Shown here one piece after another: positions 25,585 to 39,023 of a stretch of DNA of 64,000 bases. A program made the translations under genes and the position numbers. How positions within the stretch are numbered: position 1 is the stretch's first letter; every line of letters begins with the position of its first letter. The notes under the pieces were generated by a model. The model did no database searches. It worked only from the letters and a program-made list of their open reading frames with translations, and had not been told where the DNA came from. Source of the DNA: Eledone cirrhosa (taxonomy: Eukaryota); NCBI GenBank assembly GCA_964016885.1, contig OZ024741.1:152086001-152150000 (forward strand). Direction: 5' to 3'.

Positions 25585-28500
25585 ACTTACTTACTTGTAC
25601 TTGTGTCGACATTCACCCTGGACGGGTTGAGCCGGCTTCTTCCCTTGTCCTGACGGCATCTCGAACCATGGCAGCCCACGCACGACGGTCCCCGGGCTAG
25701 GTCACTGGAGATAGCGAGCCAGACACGGTTCCATCGGCGCATGCCAACCACCTGCGGACCTGAGAGTTCAGAGAGGTCCTCCTTGATCGTCGTTGCCCAG
25801 GTCTTCAGCTGCCCGCCAATGCGCTTGCGCAAGTTAGGGAGTGAAGGTGGGAGGAGAACATCGCGGATCAGTTCACCCTCAGGGCGCCGGGCTGTGTGAC
25901 CAAACCATTTCAAGCGCCGTTTCAGAAGCACTGAAGGAAGGGGTCGAAGATTCAGGCGAAGACGAAGACTGGCGGTAGGTACCCGATCAACGCGTCGGCA
26001 GCGAAGAATGCGGCGAAGATAGTCATTGTCGAAACCTCCAGCCCTCATTGATCGACTACCCTCATAGACCATGTTTCACAGCCATAGAGGAGGATAGTGC
26101 GAATGACGGCCTGGTAGATTTTCCCTTTGGTCGCTGCGGTGATCTCTCTTCTGTCCCACAGACACCGCTGGAGGCGCCCAAAAGCGGATCTGGCAGCACC
26201 TATGCGACGTTTGACCTCGGCTGTGCCCAGTCCCGTTGGAACCACTGTTGAGCCCAGGTAAACGAAGGACTCCACATCCTCCAGGTCCACGCCCTCGAGA
26301 GATATTGGCTTCCAGGCATCAGGCGAGACCAGTGACGTCATGACTTTCGACTTGGTGGCATTGATTCGTAGACCAACAGCGTTGAAGAGAGTTGGCGATA
26401 GCGCATACCCCTGCCGAACACCGGTCCTAATATCGAACGACTCCATCTCCCACCTTAGAGCCTCACTCAAGCCCGATTCGACTGGTAGTAGCCTGCATTA
26501 TACGCCATAGGGCTTCCCGATCTACCGAGCCGAAGGCAGCTGCAAAGTCGATGAAGCAGAGGATGGTAGGTTGCTGATGTGCCCACCGTTGTTCCAGGAC
26601 ACGCTGGAGATTGAAGATTTTATCAACGCACCACCTCCCCGGACGGAAGCCGCCCTGAGAAGGACGGGTACGGACATACCGGATGGCCTGGAACCTCGTC
26701 AGCAGAAGGATTGCGAAGGTTTTGGCAGCAACGTCAATTAAACTGATACCTCTGCTGTTGGAATACAGTTTCCTGTCGCCTTTTTTTAAGAAGGGTAGGA
26801 GAGTTGCCTCGCTCCAGTCACCAGGGAACCGCTCCGTCGCCCACACCGAGGAGAAAACTCGATGGAGCCAAGCTGCGAAGACATCAGGCTCGGCCTTGTA
26901 GACCTCAGCTGGAACGCCATCTTTGCCCGGCGCCTTGTTGTTTCGGAGATGTGTCAGGACACTACGTACCTCCTCGACCGTTGGAGGGGCAGTGCTGCAC
27001 CCGTATTCTTCTCCAGAAGGCTGCACGTAGGTTGGCGTTGGTGGTGGCGGGTGGTTGAGCAGCTCAGAGAAATGGTCCCGCCATCAGACTAGCCGGTCAT
27101 TAAGATCGGTAATGACCGCCCCGTACCGATCACGGATCGTCTCGTTGATACCCGTATTGCTTCGGCTGGCCCGCTTCACCAGTTGGTAGAGCTTGCGCGA
27201 GCGACCACAGGCTGCTGCCCTCTCCGTCTGCTCCGCAAACTCGCGCCAGTGTGCATTCCGATCGGCCCTAATAGCTCGAGATGTGCGACGCCGGAGATCT
27301 CGAAGATTGGATGCACCCTCGAGTCGGGCCACTCTCGCCCTCTCCGTGAGTTCAAGACTGTCGCCGGAGATCCAGTCCCGATGGCGTCTTCGGGTCAACT
27401 CGAGATGCACTCCGGCCACCTCAACCGTCACCTCCCTGAGCGCGTTCCACTCCTGCTCCGGTTGCTGTTCCACTTCGTTACTCAACATTTGGAATCGGTT
27501 TCGCAGCTCTAGCCGGAAAGCATTTCCAGCATCGAGCTTGAGTCGCGAGATGTCGTTCCTTTTCTGGCGGTGGGGAGGAGGTTTCGCCTGCAGCCGCAGA
27601 CGAAGGGTTACTCGAACAAGAGTATGGTCTGACCCATGCTCACTGCCCGTATCAGCCCCTCGATACGCACGCGAGTCCATCACTGAGCTGGCCCAACGAG
27701 ATCTGACCAGGATGTAGTCAATCTGATTGGCCGTTCTTCCGTCATTGGATCGCCACGTGACTAGGTGACGCCGAGGATGTTGGAACCGGGCGTTGGTGAC
27801 GATAAGACGATTGGCATCCGCGAAGGATACGAGCCGTTCACCATTGTCACAGCGTACGCCTAGGGCGAAGCATCCTAGAATATGCCGTGTTGTATCATCA
27901 GCCGGCCCTGTCCGCGAATTCCAGTCCTTGGCGACAATAAGAACATCACTGGAGGGGACGCCATCCACGGTTGTTTGGAGATCGGCATAGAACTGCGTCT
28001 TGTCCGCCTCATCCGCATTGAGTGTGGGAGCGTAGACGGCAATTACGCTGACGTTGGAAATTTGACCCTTCAATCGAACCAGTGCGAGTCGGTGTGAGAT
28101 CGGCTGCCACGATAACAGAGCTGCTTGCGCGTCGGGGCTGAGCGCTACGGTGACCCCCCTGAAGGCCACTGTTGTCTGTCACGCCACTATGGTACAAGTG
28201 ATAGGAGATGTCCTCGCCAGGAACTTTGATCGGAAGATGACCAACATCGGGAAGTCGAACTTCTGAAAGACAAGCGACACTAACGCAGTACCTGTGCAGA
28301 GCCTTCATTGTAAGTGCCTGGACACCGTCGTCACGAAGTGTTCGGACGTTCCAGCACGCCACCCTCAATTCCTTCCTTCGTCTGAAGAGAGGGACTACTG
28401 CGGGAGTAGTCTGTAGAGCCATAGCGGTAGGAGTGTTGTTGTTTTGCATTGCGTTCGTAGCGGGAAGGCAATTCGTATTCGTAGGATTCATGGAAGAAGT

Positions 28501-28821
28501 GTCATGGGAGTAGTGAATTCACAAGCAGTCCCCAAAAAACCCGCACGTATATCCCGAACGAGGGGATAAAACGTCCTGTTTGCCGCAGATTCTCCACAGA
28601 TGCAGGGACAGAAACGACCTGAAGCCGCGGGTTGCCGGAACAGACACCTCTTGGATTTTCACCAGAGCCCTTTTTGCCGGGATACGACCTTAATACCGCT
28701 GTGTGCCAGACCAATCCGCCTTGGGTGGCCCTACCAGGAACCGAAGTTCCCGACGGCATAGCTCTGACACTATCCGTTGCCACCGCCATGCCGCGTTGAG
28801 GAGGGGTTCGACTATCTAGGG
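25585..28821 (-). mobile_element. Near full-length GC-rich RTE-clade LINE (APE-RT) with frameshifts and an internal deletion
   Basis: VACWNVRTL, VIAVYAPT, NQIDYILV, GSDH, KAPGKDG, RGISL, FIDFAAAF, GVRQG..LSPTLFN, LLYGCETW, RRLKWFGH. 3' (AAGT)n tail at 25585-25605. Confidence 0.9.
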
Positions 28822-28837
28822 CGTATATATATATATA

Positions 28838-28869
<32 letters not shown>

Positions 28870-28963
28870 AAGAAGGAAGTGTAGTAAGGAACCAGGTGGA
28901 CCATAACGCACCAGAGTACTCGATACTTTGGGTTGTAGAGTGGGTAATAGGAAAAGTGTCAGA

Positions 28964-29058
28964 ACCCCGACGGCAGAGCTCAAGCTGTTTCGACAGCTAT
29001 TTCTGGACTAAATTAAATTTTTAGCGTGGTGTTGATATGGCCGATCTCTTCGGGGAGT
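28964..29058 (-). ncRNA. Type I hammerhead ribozyme (core variant CCGAAGA)
   Basis: Inverted counterpart of 31165-31260, with substitutions. Confidence 0.62.
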
Positions 29059-31164
29059 AATTCCATATATGGGCATGCGATAGTCAGACATTGCTGATGG
29101 TTGTAGTTATCAAAAGGTGTGGTCGAAGTTCTTTGTGAACACAGTTAAATCTTTCATGGTGGCGCGTAGGGGGGTGGGGGATGGCTGAACTTGCCTGTAG
29201 AACAAAGAGGGCGTGGGTGAAGCCGGTCAAGCGTTAAGAGTGAATTCTATATAGCTATTTCTAAAAAGTGTGGAGAAAGTAGGCTAGCTTAAAAGCATAG
29301 CGAAAATAGAATTATACAGGAATCTGAAAGATGGGAAATTATAAAATTAAAGAACTAGAGTCTAAAACAAGAAAACCGGAATTAATAAAATATTTCTAAT
29401 TCAGTACCCCGGGGCTTCGTCTCATAACGCTAAGTTATCAATAACGATGCACCCCCCTAAAAAAGGAAACAGCTGCTATATTTTTAGCTTGTGTTGTGTT
29501 TTCAGCCAATGCTGTATAGATTTCACGGGGGTGGGGGTACTGAGGCTACAAAAACCCGATGGGCTGCCTCAGGGTAATCGAAAGAGGAAAAAGGAAAAGG
29601 AAAAGGAGGGGGAGTGAAAGGAGGTGAGAAGAATAAATAAAATTGAAAAAGAAAAGTATTACATCTACCTATGTATGCTGGGGTTTCCCCTATCTTGTTC
29701 GGTAAATGAGGAAAAGAAAGATGTTACAGCCATTGTCTACCCACCCGGGTCGTGAGGGTGTTTGAAGGCAAGGTAAGTCCTACGCAATCGGTGTTTACAT
29801 GCGGTTACAAGTTCGTCTTTTTTGTTTAGGAGTTGGTCCTTCGAAAACAGCATTTGTATCGTTTCCTCCGAGCATAAGTTATGCGGACGGCGCCCTCCCG
29901 AGTAGGAGTTAGCCCTGGAAAGTAAGCTCCAGCTTGGAGGTCCCAGATGTGGCCCGAAAGTGTAGTGGCATGTCGCCGGGCCGGGTTTCTGAACATATGT
30001 CGGTGTTGGTAGAGCTGGGTCTTAAAATCACAGGCGCTTAATCCTATATAGATTTGTTGGAGTTTTCCGTCCTCACGTTGCATTGGAAGATCACGTTACT
30101 TTCTCGGCATCTGTTGTTGAGGGGGCACGTTGATCTATCAGGGCAGTTACACCTCCCGGTCGGCTCACCACTAAAGTCTAGGTTATTTCTTCCGTTAGAG
30201 TTGGGTTTCTTGTTGTTTGAGGAGGCGATGTTTTGTGCGAAGTTGGGTGTGGTGTTGTAGGAGAGTTTGATAGTGTTTTTGTTGATTATGTTGTGGTAGC
30301 AATGTTGTGGTAGGAAGTGTTTTTCGAGGAGTCTAAAGAAGATTTTCCCGATTGGTGTTGCCACCTCGGCATTGTGGGGAGAGTTGAACTACATTACGTG
30401 GCGTGAGCGGCGGCGGCGCCTGCTGGTTCCGCTAGGGGAGCCTGGGTAAAATGAGATTTTCTCCTGGAAGCCGCTTTGCTTGAAGGCCTGGATGTAATAT
30501 GGCGCATGTTCGTCGAATATCTGCTCGTTAGCGGACAAGTGAGATATACAGAGGGAGACGTTTTTAACCACGTTATTGGTGATGTTCCTAGGATGATTAG
30601 AGCGGCGGTGGATGTAAGGGAGGTTGTCGTTAGGTTTCCTGTATGGGTAGTACAGATCATTTTCGAGGTTGAGGGTAACATCCAGGAAATGGACTCGGGT
30701 TAGGGACGTCTGTAGGATGATTTTAAAACTCCAGTCCCGGAAGAAGTTAATTAGGTGTTTACGGACCCGGTCCGTACTACTGGGGTTGTACCCTTTGAGG
30801 GTAAGTAGCCCATCGTCCCGGTAAAATCCACCGCCGAATGCAGGAAACATTTCAGTGAGTTTTTGGAGTAAAATTAATCCTATAAGATCGTTCACCTCCA
30901 CCGAGTCGGTCGCGCCCATACTGACGTCGAAGGGAGAGTCGGGAACTCTCTTTATCCAATTGGAACTGTCTTTCTGGCGTGGAAAATGTTTCTTTCCTGG
31001 TCGGTGATGGGTGCAAGTGTTTTGGCAAAGTCCAATGCGGCCGTAAGGAGCGATAGGGTGATAGAGGCGTAGCAGCTCTCTGTGTTCACAAAGAACTTCG
31101 ACCACTCCTTTTGATAACTACAACCTTCGAGATGCCTGACTATCATATGCCCATATATGGAATT

Positions 31165-31260
31165 ACCCCCTTGAAGAGATCGGCTATATCAACACCACGC
31201 TAAAAATTTAATTTAGTCCAGAAATAGCTGTCGAAACGGCTTGAGCTCTGCCGTCGGGGT
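31165..31260 (+). ncRNA. Type I hammerhead ribozyme (core variant)
   Basis: acccc c-tTGAAGA gatcggctat...atagctgtc GAAA cggc ttgagctct gccg TC ggggt. Confidence 0.72.
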
Positions 31261-31272
31261 TCTGACTCTTTT

Positions 31273-31359
<87 letters not shown>

Positions 31360-32014
31360 ATAAAATACAGATTTACTAATACATATTGATATGTATTAGT
31401 ACGGGGTCGATAAAATAAAGTTCCAGTAATGTACTGGGTAATTGCTGGCCTTGTGCCAAAAGTAGAGAAAATTATATAATAATATATGTAGAAATAAACA
31501 CAGTAAATTGTGTGCTTAAAATTACGAGGGTTGAAATGCCACATTGGTTTGATAAATTTAACCTGAAGCAAACGAAAAATAAAATAGATATACAGACCGT
31601 ATCAATAACCATTTCAACTCTCGGGCAGATTAGAGATTTAATCTTTTTCGCCCTGAAAATTGTGTTTGTAACAGATAATCCGTAGGCATTCCTCAGCGAG
31701 AGATAAGATCAAATGGAACAAACACATACAACTAAAAGCCACACGACCGAATATCTCACCTCGTGCGCTGGACGTTAGAAGTGAGTGGATATGCTAAAAA
31801 CAATAGCCTTAATACACCCAACTTATAAGCTCATTTAGTTAGGGAGCCGAAATACAAATAAAATACAGTTACTAACTCATACTGATACCCTGTAATTAAT
31901 AAGCTCAAAGTATAAATCCTGAGCATTATATAATAATATATGTAGAAATAAACATATACATATGTATATATATATACATGTATATATATATACACACACA
32001 CATATATATATGTA

Positions 32015-32755
32015 TTTCTTCTTTCTTCTTGGTTGTCCATCGTAAACGATGATGACATCTTCTTTATTGTTGTTCCCGTCTGCCGTGGGCACGAAGGTGG
32101 CTGTGGAGGCAGATCCTTGACTTGCAGCTCCGGGGACAGTGGGGGCAGGGGAAGAGACCGGAGTCAGACCGGCAACTCCCAGAGATTACCTCCACCTGTT
32201 ACCTCCACCTCTCGCCCATCGCCGCAGGGCTTTAGGAGTGCACGCTAAAGAAGAAACCTGTGCGGGAAAGGTTTATAGTGGGAGGGCCAGTGCACAGTGA
32301 CGGTCCCACTCACTCGGCCGCAGAAGCCAGAATTCGGTGGTACGGAGGACCGTCACGAACAGGGACTTCCTTGGCTGCAGTGAATAGCCACGACGTCTGT
32401 AGTATCTTGCCATACCCTAGCGCTCCACACCGCTTGCTGTCGCCGCCTTTGTGACCGTTGGGACGATGTTGTCCTCTTCCACTCGCTCAGCCGGGTCCAG
32501 TCTTCACATTCAGGGGCAGGCATCCCCTATCTAACTCACCGGGGGTTTTCAGATCCGTCCGGCTACCCTCAATATGGTTCGGCTCGCCATCCAAGGCGGT
32601 TTACCGGGATGTGGCCGCTGTCGCATGCTACAGCTTCTTGGGACCACAGGTGAGAGCTGAGTGTCAGGTGTCACCCAATGTAGGACGAGCTGTCCTGAAA
32701 TTGGCATGGCTAGCCCTCCCTACAGAGGTGCATGCCCCTCCCTGACACCCCAGGC
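32015..32755 (-). mobile_element. Internally deleted RTE-type element (5' UTR joined to 3' end)
   Basis: Minus strand 3' part reads FPCPHCPRSCKSRICLHSHLRAH (C2H2 at the end of RTE ORFs) then an (AAG)-rich tail. The 5' part resembles RTE 5' UTRs. Confidence 0.62.
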
Positions 32756-33230
32756 ATATACACACACATACGTACACATACATACGTACATGTGTATATA
32801 CATATTTACACATTTTAGGATGGCCGTTGACTCTTATGAGTTCTTCCGCCCTTTGTCAGGTTTTGTTTTTTGTCCTGCAGGGTGTCCAAAATCACCCTTC
32901 TCACCAAGTAAACTTGGTGGGGTTGCCAGTTTAGTCGCCAACGACCCGACCATGCGACAGGTTGTACTGGTTTACATGTTACCAGTAGTACTCAAGAGTG
33001 ACCTGACAATCATATATATATATATGCATATATATATATATATAAGGAACGATCGACTTTCGTCAAATCGGACCGAGGAAACAATGTTTACGTTGGTCTT
33101 TCCAGTTGCTAATACTATCTATCGGTCGCAACTCCAGGTAGAAGGAGCAACGTGAAATAAAGTGTCTTGCTCAAGGACATAACGCATCGCCTGGTCCAGG
33201 AATCGAACTCACAACCTCACGATGTATATA

Positions 33231-33289
<59 letters not shown>

Positions 33290-33384
33290 TAAAATAACAG
33301 ATTAAACGGTTCTTATATGTTTGATATATATTTATCCTTATCGAGCCCTCTTTGGATTTTAGTCTTCAAATTTATTATTATTAC

Positions 33385-33450
<66 letters not shown>

Positions 33451-33461
33451 TCATATATATA

Positions 33462-33583
33462 TAACGAAGGGAGTTGTGGTAAGAAACCAGATGGACCATA
33501 ACGCACCAGAGTACTCAAATAGCCGTCCAGAAATAGCCGTCGAAACGGCTTGAGCTCTGCCGTCGGGGTTATACATTTTCCTA
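33462..33583. mobile_element. Mini inverted pLTR fragments of the 28870-31277 PLE
   Basis: Left half matches 28870-28922, right half matches 31216-31277. Similar pieces at 5674-5755, 49624-49668 and 57343-57521, all in (TA)n. Confidence 0.75.
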
Positions 33584-33614
33584 TATATATATATATAGAA
33601 ACGCTGACAAAGAA

Positions 33615-33657
33615 ACGCTGTACTAGTTTCAAGCTTATTAGCTATCGTCAGCAACGT
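33615..33657 (-). ncRNA. Minimal type I hammerhead ribozyme in a small inverted insertion (~33597-33800)
   Basis: Minus strand reads acgttg CTGACGA tagctaataagctt GAAA ctag TA cagcgt. Confidence 0.8.
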
Positions 33658-33948
33658 ATACCTTCCTGCGTATAGTACAGCGTTCCTTTGTCAGTGTTGA
33701 GCAAATGAGCAACGATGGTTGCTAGACACTGTACGGCTTAATTTGGGATGTTTGTTTACAAACACACCGAGCATTATAATAAATGTTCGGTGAATCCATA
33801 CGTACATATATATATGTGTGCATGTATGTATATATATATATACATACTACTGTACGTCTGTATACATATACGTATGTACGTATACATACTTATATTTAAG
33901 TAACAGCCGTACTAAGAGTGAGAAATGAAATTTCGTTTCATTTTTTCC

Positions 33949-34003
<55 letters not shown>

Positions 34004-34045
34004 TATATATATATGCACATATATATATATATGCACATATATATG

Positions 34046-34095
<50 letters not shown>

Positions 34096-35233
34096 TATAT
34101 ACATGTGTATACATACATATATAAACATATGCATATATACATATATACATACACCTATCCATATATAATTCCATGGACGCATACATACATACATACATAC
34201 ATACATACATACATACATACATACATACATACATACATACATACATACATACATACAAACATACATACATGCATACGTACATACATACATTCATACATAC
34301 ATACATACAAACATACATGCATACATACATACATACATACATACATACATACATACATACATACATACATACATACATACATACATACATACATACAAAC
34401 ATACATACATACATACATACATACATACATACATACATACATACATACATACATGCGTACATACGTACATACATACATTCATACATACATTAGTGACTGG
34501 TTTTGATGCGCCGGAACGATGAAGTGTTGCTTTTTCCTAAATATTTTATGTTTGTCCAAATTATTCCACATTTTTTTTACATATTTCTATTAATATAAAT
34601 TAATTAAATTTTATTTAATTAGAATCTGCTCTAAAAATATCATTGAAGTAAATATTTATTTAATGCACGCGCTAATATAAATAAGGGTTTTTTTTTAAAT
34701 ATATACTGGCTGACATTTCCATATCAATGCTATCCATAAATGGATGATTAGCTACATAGATTTTCGACGCCATCATTTGTGACGTTTGAGGTGAAAGTTG
34801 TGACTTTCATGCAGTTAATTTCTTTTTCATTATATGTACATTAACTGTGTGTATGCATGTGGGTGTATGTGGTTGTGAGTCTGTGTGTGAATTATCTGCC
34901 ACTGGGGTGTGAAATAATGGCCATTGCGAGTTAAAGTAGTAGCTACTGAGTGATAGATCGAGAGGTAGATAGATAGATAGGTTTCTTTATTACATAGATA
35001 TGTTTCTTTATTAACCACAGGGGCACAAAAGAAGAGGACAAATACAAAGGTTTACATACAATAAAAACGTGTAAAATATTATCACAAATGCAATTTAAGA
35101 ATTAGTCGATTTTCCCCAATAGGGGGAGACAGTTAATATGGGTAACACATACCCCTGAAAAAAATGTGCAAACCTCATCTCCAGGAGTACGAAGAGTTTG
35201 TACTCCCTTCCTCTCCTCCTCCTTTTCCTCAAC

Positions 35234-38200
35234 CTACAGGCTGATATAGAGAGAAGGCCCATTCACTCGGGCCTTTCTCGCCACTTTCACCCACCTTTCA
35301 TAAAACTTGCTGGGGTACAGCACCTCTCTCTCCATCCTGATTATTCTTCCAAAGTGGTATTTGAAAAAAAGAATCAGTTGTTGGCCGGAGAGAAAGATGT
35401 CTGACCTCAGCCCTTTTAACCACCTCCACCATACAACGTCTTTCGCCATAGCTATCACACAAAGGAAAACCGCCTCTCCTTCGTTTTTGAAGGAGGGTGG
35501 CGGTTTGAACATGACAATGGACTCGGTGGTCAACCGGATTGGTCCCACCCGCGACAATAGTCGTTCTACATAGCCCCACAGGTCGGTAACGCCCGGGCGT
35601 CTCGCACGCACCTTGGACAGATCATTTTTCCAGGGTCCCTGCCCGGACGTCCATGTCTGTAGAGCTTGTCTCGAACTGGTAGAGCTCCTCGGTAGCACTG
35701 CCAGGCCAGGGAATTTTGGAAGTTGTCCATCGGTCACGGGCGGAAGGTCCTACCAAACAGACTAGCCAGTTCATCTTCCTCTACGCCTAGAGTTTCACCG
35801 AACGCGTCGTCACACTTGCTGCGGATCAACCCTCTATAGAATGACAAAGTGGAGTCTCCACTGATCGCCGGGTCCGCTTGCCAGAGGGCTGTGAGCGCCT
35901 GAGCACATTCGATATGCCAGTCGCCCATTTTCCTCGGTCTTTGCTTGACCCAGGACTGCAGCTCGGTCAGCGAGACGAGTCGTGGGAAGGCTCGGCTCAC
36001 GAACGGGGCCCACACCGGTTGTCCGGTGAGGAATACGTAGAGATGGCGCAGCCTGAGCGCGTGTTTGCGCATCGTCAGCCACAGCATCCCCAGCCCTCCG
36101 TTGGAAGGGTGTTGGCAGCAGATGGATCTTCTCACCAAAGGAGCCCGCCTCTTCCAAACGAATTGGAAGAGCGTACGCTCCACTTTGGTGAGCGTTTTGG
36201 CTGGACAAGGCACGACGGTCAAGCAGTAGTAGATGGCGGATGCTATAAAAGTGTTCACCACCTCCGCTCGACCTTTCAAGGATAGTTTGCACTCAGCCCA
36301 CTTCTGGGTGAGTGCAAACACTTTGGCCGTCACCTCATTCCAGTTCTTCTCCACCTGGAGGTCCGGTCCAAACCAGACCCCGAGCAGCTTTACGGGTCCT
36401 TCCGTCCAGCGTCCGACTACGCCATCTGAAGGCATCGGTTTGCCTCTCCACGATCCGAGTTGCAAACCGATGGACTTGCTAACCGATGGTTCAGCTTCGC
36501 TCCTGTGAAACTTTTGTATTCCTTCAGTAAGATGCCGACTTACTCGATTTGCGAGACGCTCGACACGATTACTGTCACGTCGTCGGCGTAGGCCGACGCC
36601 GCTTTCCGTAGTCCCGGTTCTAGAGGGTTGCCCTGCAATAGCTCCAACTTCCGCAGTAGTGGCTCGAGAGTCAGTACGTACAGAAGGGAGGAGAGAGGGC
36701 ATCCCTGTCGAATGGATCGCGTGATATGGAACAGCTCCGAGAGGTAGCCGTTCACCTTGACCCTTGAGCAGATGTTGCTGTTGTGCATTGCAGCAATCCA
36801 GCCCCTGAACACGGGTCCGAAGCCTGCCGCCTCGAGCACCGCATCCAAGTAACGATGGTCAACTCTATCGAAAGCCTTATACTGATCCAATTTGATCAGG
36901 GCCCCACCGAATCCGGGTTTACACCCTACCCTCTCTATGATGTATCGCATGAGGTGGAGGTTGTCGTGTATGGACCTGGTTGGGATTGCGCATGTCTGCG
37001 CTTCTCCCACCAGGTTCTCGACGACAAGCGCCAGCCTCTTTGCTAACACCTTGGCCAAAATCTGTAACTCTGTGTTTAGCAGAGTTATGGGCCGGAAGTT
37101 GCCTATGTCATCCCCCTTATTCTCGTCCTTCCTGACTAGTGTGACTACGCCCCCGGTCACAGAACTGGGAATTCTCCCGTTCTGTTGCGTTTCAGTAGAC
37201 CGCTTCCAGGAAACCGGAGAATAAGTCCGGCATTGCTACGTAAAATTCGTAGGGTAGACCGTCGAGACCTGGAGATTTGCGTTTGCCGCATTGGCTCAGC
37301 GCGTCCCCTATCTCAGCGGCCGAAATCGGCCTTTCGCAGAACTTTGCCTCGCTGTCCGAGAGTCGCGGTAGGCCGTCGAGGTATGGATCGAAATCCATAG
37401 CCCCTCCCGGCGCGCCGCCCTGCCCGAACAGTTGAGCAAAGTGCCGCTGAAAGGCCGCACATCTCTGCATCGGCTCACGTATCACGCGTCCTGTTTTGCT
37501 CCTTCAAAGACCGAATCGTGGACTTGTTGCCACTTTTTGCCCCCGTCACTCGGGCCCAGCTAACAGCTTTGGCTCCCTCGTTTCCCAGAGCACGTATTTT
37601 GCTTCTGACAACGCTGCCCTCGTGCTTTGCGTCGAAGAACTGGTCCAAGGCCGTATTCGTTGCTAGCACGCTGGTTACGTTGCCAATTCTAATTGCCTCT
37701 TCTACTTTATCTACCAGTTCCTTCTCGGTTCTATTTCTATCTAACGCTAATTCTTTACTAAAAACTAACGAGTATAATCTAACTGCCCTCTTGAGAGAGT
37801 ACCACCATCTGTTGTTGACAATGGCCTCTGTCAAGTGCTGTTTAACTAAAGTGCTAATCCGTCTACTGTAGGTTTTGCATGTCGGTAACGACAAGTTCAG
37901 CTTCCAGTAGCCGGATCCTTGTCTATGGGTTCTATCAAGGTTGACCATGCAGGTCACTATTTTGTGATCTGAATAGGCAACCATGAACATTTGTGGACAG
38001 CTTAACATGTCCCTATCCTTATTTCTAACTAGAACCCTATCTAGGTACGATCTAGATGTTCCGCTATGATTAGTCCACGTCCACAGTGGCACAGTCGGAA
38101 AATCTAGTCGATATCTATCGGCCAGGTCAAATCGGCCGATTAACTGTTTGAGGCTGTTACACCCCCCCCCCCTTTATCGGGACATGCTCACACATAGTCC

Positions 38201-38650
38201 CAACGTGCATCTAGGAATCCATTCCAGGCCCCCACTAAAAGCAAGGAGCGGGACGTTCCCAGAAAAGTCTCTAGACGTTTGAAGAAGTCTGGCCGCGGTG
38301 TCCCGGATGGGGCATATGCGGCCACCAGCCTGAAGGCTCCACCTTCACTACCGTCAACGTCTAGGACCACCAGTCGACCCTCCGGGTCCAGATGTACCGT
38401 CTGTGTTACGAGGCCCAGGTGTTTCAGCAGCAAAACGGTAACCCCGCCCCCACCCCCCCGGATGACAGAGAGATGCGTAGATCTCAAAGTCATCGAAGAT
38501 GGGGCCCAGCTATCGCTCGCTGTGGATCATGGACTCGCAAATGGCTACTACATCCATACTGTGCGACCTGAGGTCGTTTAAGAGTTTGCCCTGTTTCCAG
38601 GGCATCCCCAGGCCGCGTACATTCACACATCCAACTCTTATATTGGCCAT
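35234..38650 (-). pseudogene. LINE ORF2 (APE endonuclease + RT), frameshifted
   Basis: MANIRVGCVNVRGL, RSYLDRVLV, YSDH, KSPGLDGLPYEFY, NFRPITLLN, KAFDRVDH, RQGCPLS, AYADD. Confidence 0.88.
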
Positions 38651-39023
38651 GTTGGTTCTGAAAAGTTAAAAGAGAAGAACACACTCACCTCTTCGTCTCC
38701 CGGGGATCAGGCCGCACGGTTTCCATGGGGGTGTTAGAGGGGTTGTCTGGGTGGGTGGTGGTTTCCGGTGGGTGGGGACGGAGATGTTTGGTGGGGTGGG
38801 GGTGTCTGGGGTGAGGGTGGGGAAACTTTTTAAAAGGACGCGGTTAATGGGTTTAACACAAGGATTACCCACGTCCTTAGGAAAGTTTTCCTTTAAAGAC
38901 TTATAGGTGTCCGTAGGGACCCTAATCATCTTTAAATTAGGTTTGTCTACACAGTTCGAAAACGTTTTCCCTTCGGTTTTCACCGAAGGGTCGTTGGAGA
39001 TGACCTCCATTAAAGTTTTGTTT

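Larger units (their letters stand above)
28870..31277 (-). mobile_element. Degraded Naiad-type PLE bounded by inverted pLTRs
   Basis: Frameshifted ORFs at ~29740-31080 (VSMGATDSVEV, GGFYRDDGLL, CNCPDRSTCPLNNRC, YIGLS). 28948-29143 is inverted at ~31080-31277. (TA)n on both sides. Confidence 0.85.

Noticed and set aside
27183-27717. Plus-strand ORFs over the GC-rich LINEs (also 35878-37871, 39109-40692)
   Set aside because: Antisense shadows of LINE coding sequence.
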